Both the position numbers and the translations under genes were made by a program. A DNA stretch of 63,249 nt, counting the filler, from Phoronis australis (Eukaryota; Animalia; Phoronida): the NCBI GenBank assembly GCA_002633005.1. It is 7 parts of 7 records of this genome, joined end to end, with 100 filler letters (N's around TTAATTAATTAA, not from the genome) between each part and the next. Parts side by side here need not be neighbours in the genome. Positions count along the whole stretch, not along the records: positions 1 to 9,092 come from NMRA01001847.1; positions 9,193 to 28,221 come from NMRA01000446.1; 5 more parts are not named here. The stretch is one strand, 5' to 3'. The notes beneath the pieces were generated by a model that was not told where the DNA came from, ran no database searches, and was given only the letters and a program-made list of their open reading frames with translations. Numbering within the stretch: the stretch's first letter is position 1; every line of letters starts with the position of its first letter. Below, in pieces: positions 1-13,113 of the stretch.

Positions 1-28
1 CGTGTGTGTGCGTGTGTGTGTGCGTGTG

Positions 29-59
<31 letters not shown>

Positions 60-72
60 TTCTGTGTGTGTA
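1..72. repeat. (GT)n microsatellite
   Basis: Interrupted GT dinucleotide run at the window start; explains the spurious CV-rich ORF 4..234. Confidence 0.95.
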
Positions 73-1080
73 TGCTGGCTTGAACTGATTTTAGGACAAT
101 ACGTATCTCAAATTATAACTTGCTCAATTATCATAAGTGCTTCAGTTTTCGAACGAATTCAACCCAGAATCCACCAAGCCGCGTTTGGCTTCTGTATCCG
201 AAGTACCGTTTACAGTGCGGGCATAACTGAATGAAACCAGTCAAGTGCAATAGAAATCATTATTGGGAGGTTTATCTTAGTGGCATTTTTAGTTTTAATT
301 TTATCTCATATAATATTAACACTTCAATTAACTTGCGCCAAAACTAGGACTTGTCCGTCAACGTATCACGTATGATCTAAGTCCGGTGTAAAGTTTGATA
401 ATCCCCATTTCAAAGGCACTTTTCTCGGCTATATGTAATAGACAGAAAAACTAATACCTAGGATTGCACGGTGACACTTGACTTATCTCAAAATCCAACT
501 GCTGCCAGGTGGTTTCAATTGGCCCAATTAGACGCGTAACTGTCTGTACACAAGCAATGGTAAGCATAGGGCTACAGGTGGGAACCTCGTGGACTTCAAT
601 TTCATATTGGACTAGATTTTTCAAAGAAAATCGTTACCTATGTCACCTGTAGTTGCAATGACTAATGAACCAAATGATAATGGCGCATGTTTTTCACTAT
701 GAAATGCAATTGTTCTCAATATTTATCAAAATCATACCGAGGCAAAACCTTAATCTTAGCCCATAAAGATACTTCATCAAAATAGAATTTATCTGCGGAT
801 AGCCAATTACATGTATCTTGCTGCAGTTTGTGTCTTGCAGCCTATGATTTCAGTGTTTTCAGAAAGTTATTGAGAGGTAATACTGTTGTGGACGTTCTCT
901 TGTATTTCGCGTTGCCCAACTTTTGTTAAGAGGATGCCTCCTCAGGTGTGAAAATTGTAAGATTTAAAAAAACCTGTCCGAGAAGTATCAATTTCATCGA
1001 TAACAGGCAATGGCATTTTGAATGTTCAAAACACCGAGCAAATGCCTAAACAATCTTCTCCAAGAGATAGTTAAGAAAGA

Positions 1081-2124
1081 CATAAATTTGAGTCCACTGA
1101 CCCAGCTGTAGATCAGTGTGAGAGTTCTTTGCAGCTTCAACACGACTTAAATAAACTAAGCTACTGGTCACAAGAATGGTCTTACTTAAAATTTGGTCTT
1201 AAAAGCGTTGACCTTACCTTCTCCAAATCTATTAATGCTCTCTTCCTTGTTGACCGGTCTTATGACCTTAAACTTAATGATGAAATCATTCCTAGAAAAC
1301 AGTCGCACAGACATCTGGTTATACTGTTAGATGAAAAACTCTCATTCACCCCTCACGTTCGGGAGCTCGTACAAAAAACTCAGGAACTAATTAACCCACT
1401 TAAGCTTGTCTCTCGTCATCTGAATTCTACACATTTAGAAGTTTTGTTCAAGTCCTTTGTACTTCCACACATTGATTATTGTGGTATTATATATCAGTCT
1501 GCCAATATGGGTGCACTCCAACATTTAGAGAAGTTACAATATCAAGCCGCCTTACTCATAACTGGAGCTTACAGGGGATCCAATAGTGTTAAGGTTTTGA
1601 ATAGTCTCAAGTGGCCCAAACTGTCTACTCGACGCAATCTTCACATGACCACATTTACTTTCAAGGTAATAAAGAATGTCAACAACGTGTCTGTCAAAAA
1701 AATATTTGATCTATATATTAGACAAGGCCATCGTAGTGATTTGAGATTCTCCACCCCATATGCAATTCCTCCGTCGTTCAGTCAGGCATTCAGAAGGTCT
1801 ACAGTCATGATGTGCATCAACAACTGGAATTCTCTTCCAGTCTCTGTTAAGGAAAGCAACTCTTTTACGAGTATAAAAAATAATTTTAGAACTGTTTTTC
1901 ATAATTTTGATAACTCAACACCCTTGACTTAATTCTCCCTTACCCGCGATAACGAAATTAAGCATTGTACAGATCAAGATGTGGCCTTTTCCTCAACTCT
2001 GACAAGTTCAGGCACAACTTTAGTAATGTATCTCCAAACTGTAAATGTGGTGACCATCAATCTTATCCTCATATTTTCTTCAAATGTCCCCTCATCGAAT
2101 CCCTGAGAGACTCACTCTTTCGTG
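1081..2124 (+). mobile_element. 5'-truncated non-LTR retrotransposon (CR1/L2-group LINE), ORF2 C-terminal part, disrupted
   Basis: ORF 1129..1932 has RT thumb-region motifs (LQHDLNKLSYWSQEW, HRHLVILLDEKLSF, FVLPHIDYC, WNSLP). ORF 1965.. continues after a stop/frameshift with a C-terminal Cys/His motif (CKCGDHQSYPHIFFKC). Runs into the N gap 2125-2626. Confidence 0.85.
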
Positions 2125-5100
2125 NNNNNNNNNNNNNNNNNNNNNNNNNNNNNNNNNNNNNNNNNNNNNNNNNNNNNNNNNNNNNNNNNNNNNNNNNNNN
2201 NNNNNNNNNNNNNNNNNNNNNNNNNNNNNNNNNNNNNNNNNNNNNNNNNNNNNNNNNNNNNNNNNNNNNNNNNNNNNNNNNNNNNNNNNNNNNNNNNNNN
2301 NNNNNNNNNNNNNNNNNNNNNNNNNNNNNNNNNNNNNNNNNNNNNNNNNNNNNNNNNNNNNNNNNNNNNNNNNNNNNNNNNNNNNNNNNNNNNNNNNNNN
2401 NNNNNNNNNNNNNNNNNNNNNNNNNNNNNNNNNNNNNNNNNNNNNNNNNNNNNNNNNNNNNNNNNNNNNNNNNNNNNNNNNNNNNNNNNNNNNNNNNNNN
2501 NNNNNNNNNNNNNNNNNNNNNNNNNNNNNNNNNNNNNNNNNNNNNNNNNNNNNNNNNNNNNNNNNNNNNNNNNNNNNNNNNNNNNNNNNNNNNNNNNNNN
2601 NNNNNNNNNNNNNNNNNNNNNNNNNTTGTTATGTAGGCAGTAACGCGGCGATTTGATATAACACATATATTGGTTGATGATAATATTGGAATACTAACAA
2701 ATAGGTCTGTGTAATATAGTTAGAGAGTCTTTTACAAACTGAGTGGAGAGTTCAGATGAATCGTATAAACAATCAACACATGGTGGTCGGCACACCAGTA
2801 CAGCAGACAATAGATCAACGCTAAGCTCCGCCCACGTGACAGCCATATTTGTTTTGGTCGTCTGTCGTGCATCACAAGTTCGAAAAAATGATTAAAATTA
2901 CGCTGTAAACAAACAGGTATGTCACATTTTCTAAATATGAAGTAAATATCAGCTTTATTTCTAGTACTTCAACAAAAATTGGAACATAATGACCACGCAT
3001 TCTGAACGAAATTTGATCTCAAGTGGCAATCGATGACCGCTTAACTTCAAAGCCGTTTTTCTCGGCTCGTGATTTCAGGATAGTGACACGATTCTCGGGC
3101 CTATTTTTCCACAACACGTGGGTCAATTTTAACGAAAGTTGCAAATTTGAAATCCTCTTGGACTGAAGTAAAATCGCGTGCCAGGGTTTTTTGATAAATG
3201 GACCAGATTTTTAGTTATTAGACGGAAAGTGACCAAATGACAAAAAGTGGCGTGCTTGCCCCAACTCACACACAAAAAATGCCACAAAATCAAGATCATA
3301 ATGATTTTGTACATATATTTGGTATGGATTCGTAGAATATTGCGTAAGGAAATAGTTGATGATGATCCCTGTGCATTTCGAAAAAAAATGCGAGGTAAAA
3401 TTGGATTTGTTGAAAATTAAAAAAATACGATTTTTTAAAAAAACGAACAAAAAATTTTTTTTTGTCGATTTTTGTCACTTTCAGAGTCATGTCTAACTAG
3501 TTCAAACTCCCTTTTTACTCATTTTAGTTAGGAACCTGGAGATTTGATCAGTGTATACACCTACCTTAAGTTCAAGTTATTTTTTGTCCGTTCAAACCAG
3601 GGTCATTGCAACCGGCGGATGACGTGTTCTAGTCCTTTCTTTAAGGTTATGTACAGTAGGACTTCACTGACAAGTCTGTACATTAAGAGATATATCTCCC
3701 AAACTACGTGCTGTAGTTCAGCAAAAGTACATATTTTATGAAAGAAAAACTCAGCAGAATATTTTTGACATCATGCTAATCTGGGTCATTAATAGGCTAG
3801 CGTAACCATGCTTTTCCAGTAATAACGTACAGTCATAGCAACGAAAACGGTTGACCAAATTTAACATAATGCCAATGTTCACTTCAAAATCTTTACAGCA
3901 ATGTTACACTTTTCTACATTATTGGTTGATTTTTTATGCAACTTTGAAGTTTTTTAACAAAAAGATATAACCCCTTGCGCTAACGTAGAACATTTTCAAA
4001 GACAATATCGCCGATTTTTGGTGAACATTGCACAAAGCATATTATCTGAAAGTTTTAATTGAATATGTTCAGCCGCTTTTGAGATAGTCACTATTCTTCG
4101 GCCATGCATGAACCTATCCAACGAAACCCGTCTTGAATGCAAACCATGTATTGAGACACATTATCAAATTTTGCCTGGTTTGTTGACAGTTATTAAAATG
4201 GGTGTAACTACAAGGATGTCAAATTGACCCAAATTCTCAATTGTCTAGAATTCACCTCTTAAGAATATTCTATCAACGCGACACAGCGATAACATGTTAG
4301 TTTTGTATTGGGCACACCACGACATATTGGATTGTAGGTCATATTTAGGGAATCAGAGACATTTTGGCTGTGCTGGAACTCATAACTGCTTTTCAGGATT
4401 TTGGCAGATCGCAAATGACCACCTGCTGATTTTCATAACGCCGAGGCATGTTGGATCTGGTTTGTTTGGGTGCAAAACAGTTAGCTGTTTCAGTTTTTTT
4501 ATAATCATCAGCCAATCCAGATCTCAAAATACAAACGAGAATGGACTTACAGTCTAAGAACGTGGTTGAGAGAGCACGGCTATATGTGTTCTATAGCGAC
4601 AGTTTCATTATGAATATTTTCTAATTAAGACACAAGCGCTACAAACATTTTCTCCGATCTTGCTTGTGTGTGTGCTAGATCAGCTAGTGTGCCGTTCTCG
4701 GTGAGATTTACGCACATGATGTTACCACATGGCTTTGCCCACTACCCATACACAGACAAAACTGCAACACAGAGTAAATTCATGCTACATTCATTGGTTT
4801 GGTGTATGGTTTATCAATCACGACTACAGTAAGCCTACAGTGTACACCGATGAAATTAACTGATAATACAAACATGATATATAGAGATAAACAAATAGCA
4901 ACTTAATAGGCAATGATGAATTATAAAATAACAAAACATTCAAAACACGAACTAAAGTAAGCGTCTGTAAATGTGGGCTACTGTATGTTTGGTTCTTGAG
5001 CGGAACTGAGAGTTTTGCAAAATCTCACAACGGTATTTGAGTTCACCAGACGAACACACAACATCTAAGATTGAGCAACTGTAAGTGAAACTATACACGA

Positions 5101-5329
5101 TTCGAACGAAACACGCATTGCTCGACATAAGCCAATATTTGCGTCACGCTTGTTTTGCACAACATTGCATTGTATGTTTTTAAATTAAACAAATAAAAAA
5201 TCAAATGTTTTGTATTTAAAAAGAGTAATGTATATTTGAAAATAAGTGGACGAGTCACCAAAAATATTGTTCGAAAATGTTAAAGCTCTCATTCAGCGGA
5301 AGGAATTGTGGTTTGATTTGCTAGACACG

Positions 5330-5920
5330 TGTAGCCGCGTCTGGCTACAGGGATAACAAAACAAAGCCGTTTGCATCACACACTTTATTATTTGGTTGCT
5401 ACCGATAAGAAGTGTCCAATAAAGCGGTTATCTGTAATGAAGAAAAAACACACGGTCTAAGTACTCGGCAAGTAAGCGTAAAACAATTAACAAGCAGCTG
5501 AATATACTATACTTTAAACAACTATACACGCTCTAAACTTATAGCACACGAGTACAACATACTATGCCATATTACTCAGTACTTACAACAGTTTGGCTAA
5601 CAGTCTGCTCAATATAAAAGTTTCAGCATCCGATGAAAACACACGATTCGCCTTGCAGATCTTGTTAACGAATGCCGCTATACACGAGAAACGCTAGTCA
5701 CCAGAACCCGCGTATCAAACAGAGGCTAATACGTAATAATAGCCGGCCGGTCAAGCTACTATTCGATTATGCAAATGCTATTGTAACCGCTGCAGAGAAC
5801 TGGCTTACTGAACAAAACCCAATCACAGCGGCGAAAGATGCACTGCTACCTATAAAGAAAACAAACAACGTAACAAGTAAATGAAATACAACAACCAAAA
5901 AATGATGCACGGCATCAACA
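5330..5920 (-). mobile_element. Solo LTR (591 bp)
   Basis: TGT...ACA termini flanked by an exact 5-bp direct repeat ACACG (5325-5329 and 5921-5925); AATAAA on the minus strand near 5385; no internal coding region. Orientation is tentative. Confidence 0.6.
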
Positions 5921-6349
5921 ACACGTATGTGTGATTCATAGGAGACTAGCAGTTTATTTATGACACCATTTTTAGAACTGCTTTTATTTTTGCTAAGTGC
6001 CTAAAATATCCCGGCTTAAACCTACATGTACATGTATCAATCACTCATGTGCTCTGAAAATATTTTTCATTACGCTACAGCTACGGTAAAACAGGGGCTG
6101 CTTGAGAATTGAAATGAAAAAAGTGATAAATTATAGGCCTACAAAAAGTAAACAATAAACATTTTCTCTGTCTGGGTAACATGAGGACAGAACAGACCGA
6201 AGTATGGTTGCTCTCAATTTCTTTTTAATGTTTATTACGAAATCTTCAGAAAACAATGAATATACATAACCCAGAAAGCGCCAAGAGGCATTAGATCTGG
6301 GTAAAAAAATACAAAAAAGTCTATATACAATGATTATATACAAATGCAT

Positions 6350-7430
6350 CAATAAAAAACTAATGTTAAAAATACAATGATATATGACAACGAATGAAAA
6401 TAATTTATTTTCATACAGATGTATAAAATTCTATCCACTCACACAAAGAGATTTAATGTTATAAAGAAATTCTGATACTATTTCAAATAGAACCATATTT
6501 TCGTTTGAGTTAAGTTCTTGACATCCATATGAAAAGAAATTAATTTTGTTGTACAATTGCGGAATTTCAGAGTATTTTTTATAAACATTGGGGTATTGTT
6601 CGAGTGCCTGGAAGAGCTGTACCCTCCCCTCCTTGCATACCTCACAAGCAAAGAAAACATGAGGATATGTCTGGGTATCTCCACAGGAACACAGAGCCGA
6701 AATATTATTAAAATTATGTCTAAATTTCTCGTTGTTTAGGAATAGACCAAATCTTGATCCGTATATGGTTATTTCATGGTTGCGGGGAAGTTGGAATGAT
6801 GTCAATGGGACTGGCAAGTCTGGAGTAGTGGTATGCATTTTAAAGTTATTTTTGAGAGTGACGATTGAAGTGCTTTCTTTTATTTTGAATGGTAAGGAAT
6901 TCCAGTTGTCAATACAAGTTAATATCGTTGATCTTCTAAAGGCTTGGCTGATGGAGGCTGGAATAGTATACATATTGCTTTGCCGGAGTCCTGGTCTCGT
7001 GCTTGGTCTTTTGTAGGAGTCAAAGAGGATTTTGTTAGAGTAATTGTTTATGTTGGTTAAGACTTTGAATGTATACATGGACAGGTGGAGTTTACGACGG
7101 GTTGCTAGTTTGCTCCAGTGAAGACTATTTAGAACCTTGATTGTGTNNNNNNNNNNNNNNNNNNNNGAAAGATAATTCTAATTGGATTAATTAATTTTTG
7201 TACTTTTTGAACGAGTTCGCGACAATGAGGAGTAAATGTAAGCTTATGGTCGAGTAGCAAGCCAAGATGTTTGTGCGTGAACTTATTGGGGATAACTTCC
7301 CCATTGAGTGATAATTCCAGTGTTGGATTTGTTTGGAAATGAGTATTATTAGACTTAGAAAATATAAGATCAACACTTTTTTCAGGTTTAAATTTCATCT
7401 TCCATTTGTGAGACCAGTCATAGAGTTTGC
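6350..7430 (-). mobile_element. 5'-truncated CR1/L2-group LINE, ORF2 C-terminal part; related to the copy at 1081-2124
   Basis: ORFs 7129..7467 (DWSHKWKMKFKPEKS, HKHLGLLLDHKLTF) and 6431..7078 (SQAFRRST, WNSLP, CSCGDTQTYPHVFFAC) are clearly homologous to the first LINE. The 3' boundary is approximate. Confidence 0.85.
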
Positions 7431-8148
7431 TCTCAATGAAACAGTCCTCATCGCTAACGTGCCACAAATTTGGCCGACTGACCTGGTTTGCCTAATGGCT
7501 GCACAAATTGTTTCAGTTAACCCGACTCCTCGACAAGGAAGTTTTGTTTCGTTTATATTCGATTCGACAGTTTCAAGGGACAGGAAGAGCAAACCAAGCC
7601 AACTGCAGAAGGCTCGAAATCAGTTTGCCATGAGGACGTCAAGACAGATAGAATGAAGGTGGTTTGTTGGTTAATTGTCTGTGTGTTATGTAAGTATATT
7701 TGTTGGCATGCTGTTATAATACGGTACTCTACTCACATCTTCTCATTAAACTAAGTTGTTGTGACTGAGCGTTCGTTGACCCTGTGCAACATGTTGAATA
7801 TCAGTATCGGAATTAAGCCTGCAGACGTGAAAATCATATCCAATTGAAAGCGAAATTCCTTTACTCTTTATATGGTGCGTAAATAGTAGCGCAAATACAC
7901 AAACACCCCTATACTAGTTTTGATTCGTTAGAATGTGCTTGTATGAGGCGGCTATAGAATCGAACAAGCTGGGAGCAACGGGAAAACGCCGTAGGCTAAT
8001 GCTAGGGATCACTCTCAAAAGCGATGCTATAACTGTTAACTTAAAATTAATTTGCTCTTAATTCAACACGAAACTTGGTTGTAGAACGCTTGGTCCGACA
8101 ATTTTTGAAACTATTCCCTTTGATTCACACTTCTCTTGTTCTGCATTA

Positions 8149-9092
8149 TAGTCGGTGGGCCAGATTTTGTAGGGACTCTAGAAAATGGTTTTTGTGAGTA
8201 CTTTAGGGGGGCAATATTATTTTGGTGTTTTTTAATTCATTTATTAGAGTTTTTTCAAAATCTAAAAAGTTCCCACATATAAAGTTTCACATTTTTGAGA
8301 AATTTGAGTTTAAAGTTGCCTAATAATCACCAAAGAGCTTAGTAAACTTATATTTGTAAAAACAACAGTTTTGGTGACTTTTTTGTAAAACAAGTAATAT
8401 GGTCCCATCAGTGCCATTGTATTGAACAATATTACACTCACATTGCATGTTTTACTATGTAAATTGTTAATTAACAGTGAAATTTAAAAAATGTAAAGAG
8501 ACACCTAGTGGCGAAAATGCAAACTAAGTCTGAATGTTACTAGGAAGTTATTTTGGCATTGTCAGGCAACAAAAATAACACAAAACACTTGAGACTGGGC
8601 AAAATTTGTGCCTCAATGACTAAAACTTTGACTAATGGTGTAAAATACAGCTTGTTTGCATAATACACCAGAAATACGTTATGGTACAAAAACAATATAG
8701 GTGAATGATCTCTGTGAATGTGCACAAAGACTGTATGAAAATAATAGATTATTCTGACAGCGTTTATCAAGCAATATGAGACAAATACATGACAATGATC
8801 AAAGTATGTACTTTCTATGACTTAATCAACAAATAAAATTAAGTTTTCAACACAAAAAAGGAAATAACGGGGTTGGAGGTCTATTTAGGATTGACTTGTC
8901 AAAGAACTATCCAATGTTATGAAGTCGGCAGTGTTGCTGATGTTACTACAGTTGTCACAGCTGCACATTTCTGTACAGTTTGACCCAACATTGCAGCACA
9001 AACTCAGTTTCCCAGGACACATGTTCTTTTTGCACTTGCAGCGTTCATCGTTTAGTACTGTCAATGGAGATGCGGTCATTGCCATACATATT
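8149..9092 (-). mobile_element. Academ-like DNA transposon 3' end with C-terminal Cys-rich zinc-finger remnant
   Basis: ORF 8885..9085 reads RCKCKKNMC...CCNVGSNCTEMCSCDNCSN, resembling the C-terminal Cys8/CXC finger of Academ transposases. A TAG-starting terminus (TAGTCGGTGGGCC, 8149) fits Academ TAG...CTA ends. The rest is cut by the linker, so the other TIR and the TSD cannot be checked. Confidence 0.55.
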
Positions 9093-9192
9093 NNNNNNNN
9101 NNNNNNNNNNNNNNNNNNNNNNNNNNNNNNNNNNNNTTAATTAATTAANNNNNNNNNNNNNNNNNNNNNNNNNNNNNNNNNNNNNNNNNNNN
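9093..9192. other. Artificial contig spacer (44N-TTAATTAATTAA-44N)
   Basis: Exactly 100 nt, with a palindromic 12-mer giving stops in all six frames; identical at six places in the window. Confidence 0.97.
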
Positions 9193-9640
9193 ACAAATAA
9201 AATCAAACCAGTGTTCTCCACAACCTGTTTTGATTTGCCACTGCATAGAAATTGAATTTTGCCATGGAAAATTTGGCTTACTTGCATTGAGTTTCAAAAA
9301 CCTACACAATGATCTTGAAGCTTTGGGAGATTAGCCCTTTCTAAGGAAAGATTTTGGAGAACACTGCAAACAAAGTATTCAAGCACTTCAATTGGCACAA
9401 AACAGACCTAGTACAGCTAAAAATGCAAGCCAAAACCCAATTAAGTTTGTGAACTGAAGCGTAAGTTTCAAGTACTCCATTCCATGCCAACACAATATAG
9501 AGCCATCTGGCTGGGCTGTCAACAGTCAACAGGCACATAATGAGGTGTCATAAATGATTACCTGTAGCCTAAGCAACAGCATTGAATATTGAATAGGCTG
9601 TTGTGTTGGCATTAGTAAACTTCAACTGTCCCAGGACCAT

Positions 9641-11804
9641 CATCCCACCAACAGTTGTTCATACATATCATGACATGCTTAAAGTGCAATGAAAAATGTT
9701 TCTCATTGCATTCTCATGATGATGCCCAGTCAATTTTTGTATTAACAACATCAGTTGTTTCTACCCTCTCTCTAAGTAAGGGTCTCGTTCACTTGCTGGA
9801 TTTCCTGTGTCACATTGACCTAGATGTAAGATGAAGTCATACACAAGGGGTAGTTGTTTTCAATTGTATGGGCAGTCCTTGATTTGTGTTCACTGAAACC
9901 GAGGAGTCTCTCTAGTTCAGTGTTCCTTGCTCCTGATGACCAGAGTGTTTTTGGTTTCCCCACCTGTCCCTAAGCAAGAGATCCTCAGGACATTCTTTAC
10001 ATAATAACTGATACAAAGAACTGGAGCACAATCCTTAGGATAAACGGTTGGTTTGATGTAAGTTCAACTGCAATAGGTGTAATAGGGGATGGCTACTATA
10101 TTGAGGAAACCAAACGCACTCTGACTACCAGGACTAAGGAACATACAGAGACCCATTGGCCTCAGTGAATATACAGAGGACAGGCCTTACTACCAGGATT
10201 TTCCATAGACATAAGCCCATGCACGTGTATATGGAAAATGAAAATTTTCAGGCGTTTTAGCAACACTGAATAAACGCCCAGGCATTTATTAGGAAAAGGG
10301 GGGCGTGTTAAACGGAAGGTCAGTTTTACTGACTATGACATATTTTTACTTAAAACTATGTGTTTAAATTCTATGTTAATAAATGCATAGTTTACCCACA
10401 CCTTGTTTGTTTTTATAACTGATAAATGCTCCACAAAATTGAATTTGTGACAACTAAAAGTTGACGCTTAGTGGTCCTTTAAGAGGAATATTTTCCAAAT
10501 AAATGCCCGGTATCAGGACATTTGACACTTAAAGTTGTAACACCAAATAAACACCCATGGGCGTTCATTCGGCATAATTTTCCGAATAAACGCACATGGG
10601 TGTTTCATCGGGTGGGCTTATCTGCGGAAAATCCCGGCACTAATAACACCAACAAAGCCAACTGGAATAGACATCAAAGACTGAGAATCCAATCAGTATG
10701 TGACCTCATCATGNCATCCCACCAACAGTTGTTCATACATATCATGACATGCTTAAAGTGCAATGAAAAATGTTTCTCATTGCATTCTCATGATGATGCC
10801 CAGTCAATTTTTGTATTGACAACATCAGTTGTTTCTACCCTCTCTCTAAGTAAGGGTCTCGTTCACTTGCTGGATTTCCTGTGTCACATTGACCTGGATG
10901 TAAGATGAAGTCATACACAAGGGGTAGTTGTTTTCAATTGTATGGGCAGTCCTTGATTTGTGTTCACTGAAACCGAGGAGTCTCTCGAGTTCAGTGTTCC
11001 TTGCTCCTGATGAACAGAGTGTTTTTGGTTTCCCCACTGTCCCTAAGCAAGAGATCCTCAGGACATTCTTTACATAATAACTGATACAAAGAACTGGAGC
11101 ACAATCCTTAGGATAAACCAGCTTTGCCTGTATGGTGTTGATTGGTTTGATGTAAGTTCAACTGCAATAGGTGTAATAGGGGATGGCTACTATATTGAGG
11201 AAACCAAACGCACTCTGACTACCAGGACTAAGGAAATACAGAGACCCATTGGCCTCAGTGAATATATAGAGGACAGGCCTTACTACCAGGATTTTCCATA
11301 GACATAAGCCCATGTGCGTGTATATGGAAAATGAAAATTTTCAGGCGTTTTAGCAACACTGAATAAACGCCCAGGCATTTATTAGGAAAAGGGGGGCGTG
11401 TTAAACGGAAGGTCAGTTTTACTGACTATGACATATTTTTACTTAAAACTATGTGTTTAAATTCAATGTTAATAAATGCATAGTTTACCCACACCTTGTT
11501 CGTTTTTATAACTGATAAATGCACCACAAATGAATTTGTGACAACTAAAAGTTGACGCTTAGTGGTCTTTTAAGAGGAATATTTTCCAAATAAATGCCCG
11601 GTATCAGGACATTTGACACTTGAAGTCGTAACACCAAATAAACACCCATGGGCGTTCATTCGGCATAATTTTCCGAATAAACGCACATGGGTGTTTCATC
11701 GGGTGGGCTTATCTGCGGAAAATCCCAGCACTAATAACACCAACAAAGCCAACTGGAATAGACATCAAAGACTGAGAATCCAATCAGTATGTGACCTCAT
11801 CATG
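9641..11804. repeat. ~1.08-kb near-identical tandem duplication joined at a single N (10714); probable assembly/haplotype artefact
   Basis: 9641-10713 and 10715-11804 both begin CATCCCACCAACAGTTG and end GACCTCATCATG; they differ by scattered SNPs and one ~20-bp indel. Confidence 0.85.
10193..10637. mobile_element. MITE with ~24-bp imperfect TIRs (duplicated at 11286-11728)
   Basis: Left CCAGGATTTTCCATAGACATAAGCCC versus right GGGCTTATCTGCGGAAAATCCCGG; TA precedes the left end; non-coding. Confidence 0.6.
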
Positions 11805-13080
11805 GCAGTCAGTGGCCTTAAAGCGAGGGTTAAAACTCCATATTTCAAGCAAGATTTTGCATTTTGAAAGTAGAAATTACTTTGCACATCTTTCAAAATC
11901 ACTATTATGATATGAAGGATTTTAATAAGTTTTTAATACAGAAGCTCGTGTCACTAATTTTACATTCTGGGCATGGAGGAGGTAACTAGTCTGCATAGTG
12001 GTATGCACTATATATATATACTCTTATGGCACATTGGACGACAATGATTGACCGTACAAGTTTACTTCTAATTAACCTTTACATCATATAAGAAGCTGCA
12101 GGGCTTGGAATGACTAATGTCAAAAAACGTGGAAACTTTGAAACTTTACGGCCCAAATCATGCCCGATAACCAGCCTTGAAATAGTCAATGTGAACCTTC
12201 CCCAACAAAAATCGGGAGGACTAATAAACAAAAAGAAAAACATTACCACCATCAGTAGCTTGCGTGTGTGTCCTTTTAGCTCGCCCGTCCACTCCCAACC
12301 CACACATTTTTGGCTGCAGAGCGGTAGTACTTGTCGCCGCGCTTAACAATAACACGAGACGCCATTGAAAATCCCACCACGCTGTCCCAGATGCCCCGGC
12401 AATGTTGACAATTTACGTTCCTCCGAAACATAAAGAGCAACTTCCGCTTTTCGAGGTGAACATCGTCTGCAACGCCGTGGTAACAAAGGAATTTGCCGCG
12501 GAAATTTTATATCAAATTTGATTTTTTTACGCGGAAATATTATAAAAAAAGCGGAAAGCACATTTGAAAAAAGCGGAAATCCGCGTTTCCGCGGAAAATT
12601 CCAAGCCTTGAAGCTGCCAGTATCTAAACGACAAAAATTGGATCAAGTAAACAGAAAAAACAGTTCAAAGCTTTTTAGGATGGCACATGTTTTCTCCCAG
12701 ACATCCAAAAACAGCACACTGCTTGTACCTATAAAACACAAAGGGTACACTAAAGCATATAAAATACCATGACATACCACTTTTTGTTCTATCCCTGCAC
12801 CTGATGTGCCAACTCAAAACTACGTAGCATCACTTTCACTAATCATGCACGTTTCAAGTCATTCAGTGATTTGAACAACAGCATCTGATTATCAACTGAT
12901 AACGCATTTTCAAAATTACAGAAGGTGGTTATATATCTTTATCTATATCAATATCTAGATATACAGATATAGATATATTCAACCAGTTAGCTACTCTATA
13001 TTTGTATGTCTGAATGGTGACCATATATACACATGTTATTGACCCTGCCACTTAACTCAAATTCTGCAAATACTTACAGT

Positions 13081-13113
13081 TCAAAACTCATCTCCAAAAT
13101 CTATGGTCTGGCT
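13081..13113 (-). CDS. Tentative last coding exon of the EGF-TM gene (SQTIDFGDEF*)
   Basis: TTTGTAG acceptor and phase 0 matching the previous exon; TGA followed 3 nt later by a GTAAGT donor. Short, so it could be chance. Confidence 0.4.
   Translation of the reverse strand, partial: SQTIDFGDEF

Noticed and set aside
2084-2666. Long ORFs spanning N runs (also 34676-35181)
   Set aside because: Open only because N translates as X.
926-4262. TTAA-GAGG...CCTC-TTAA as ends of one large TTAA-targeting transposon
   Set aside because: The inverted match is only 8 bp including TTAA and a 500-N gap intervenes; insufficient support.
1081-7430. The two inverted LINE fragments as arms of one composite element
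   Set aside because: They are clearly diverged at protein level and have no shared boundaries or TSD; independent insertions are simpler.
7437-7791. Possible solo LTR (TG...CA with ATTAAA) next to the second LINE
   Set aside because: No target-site duplication found and no second copy in the window.
9137-9148. Palindromic TTAATTAATTAA recurring six times, resembling a repeat or recombination site
   Set aside because: Always centred in exactly 100 nt of N padding; an artificial all-frame stop linker.
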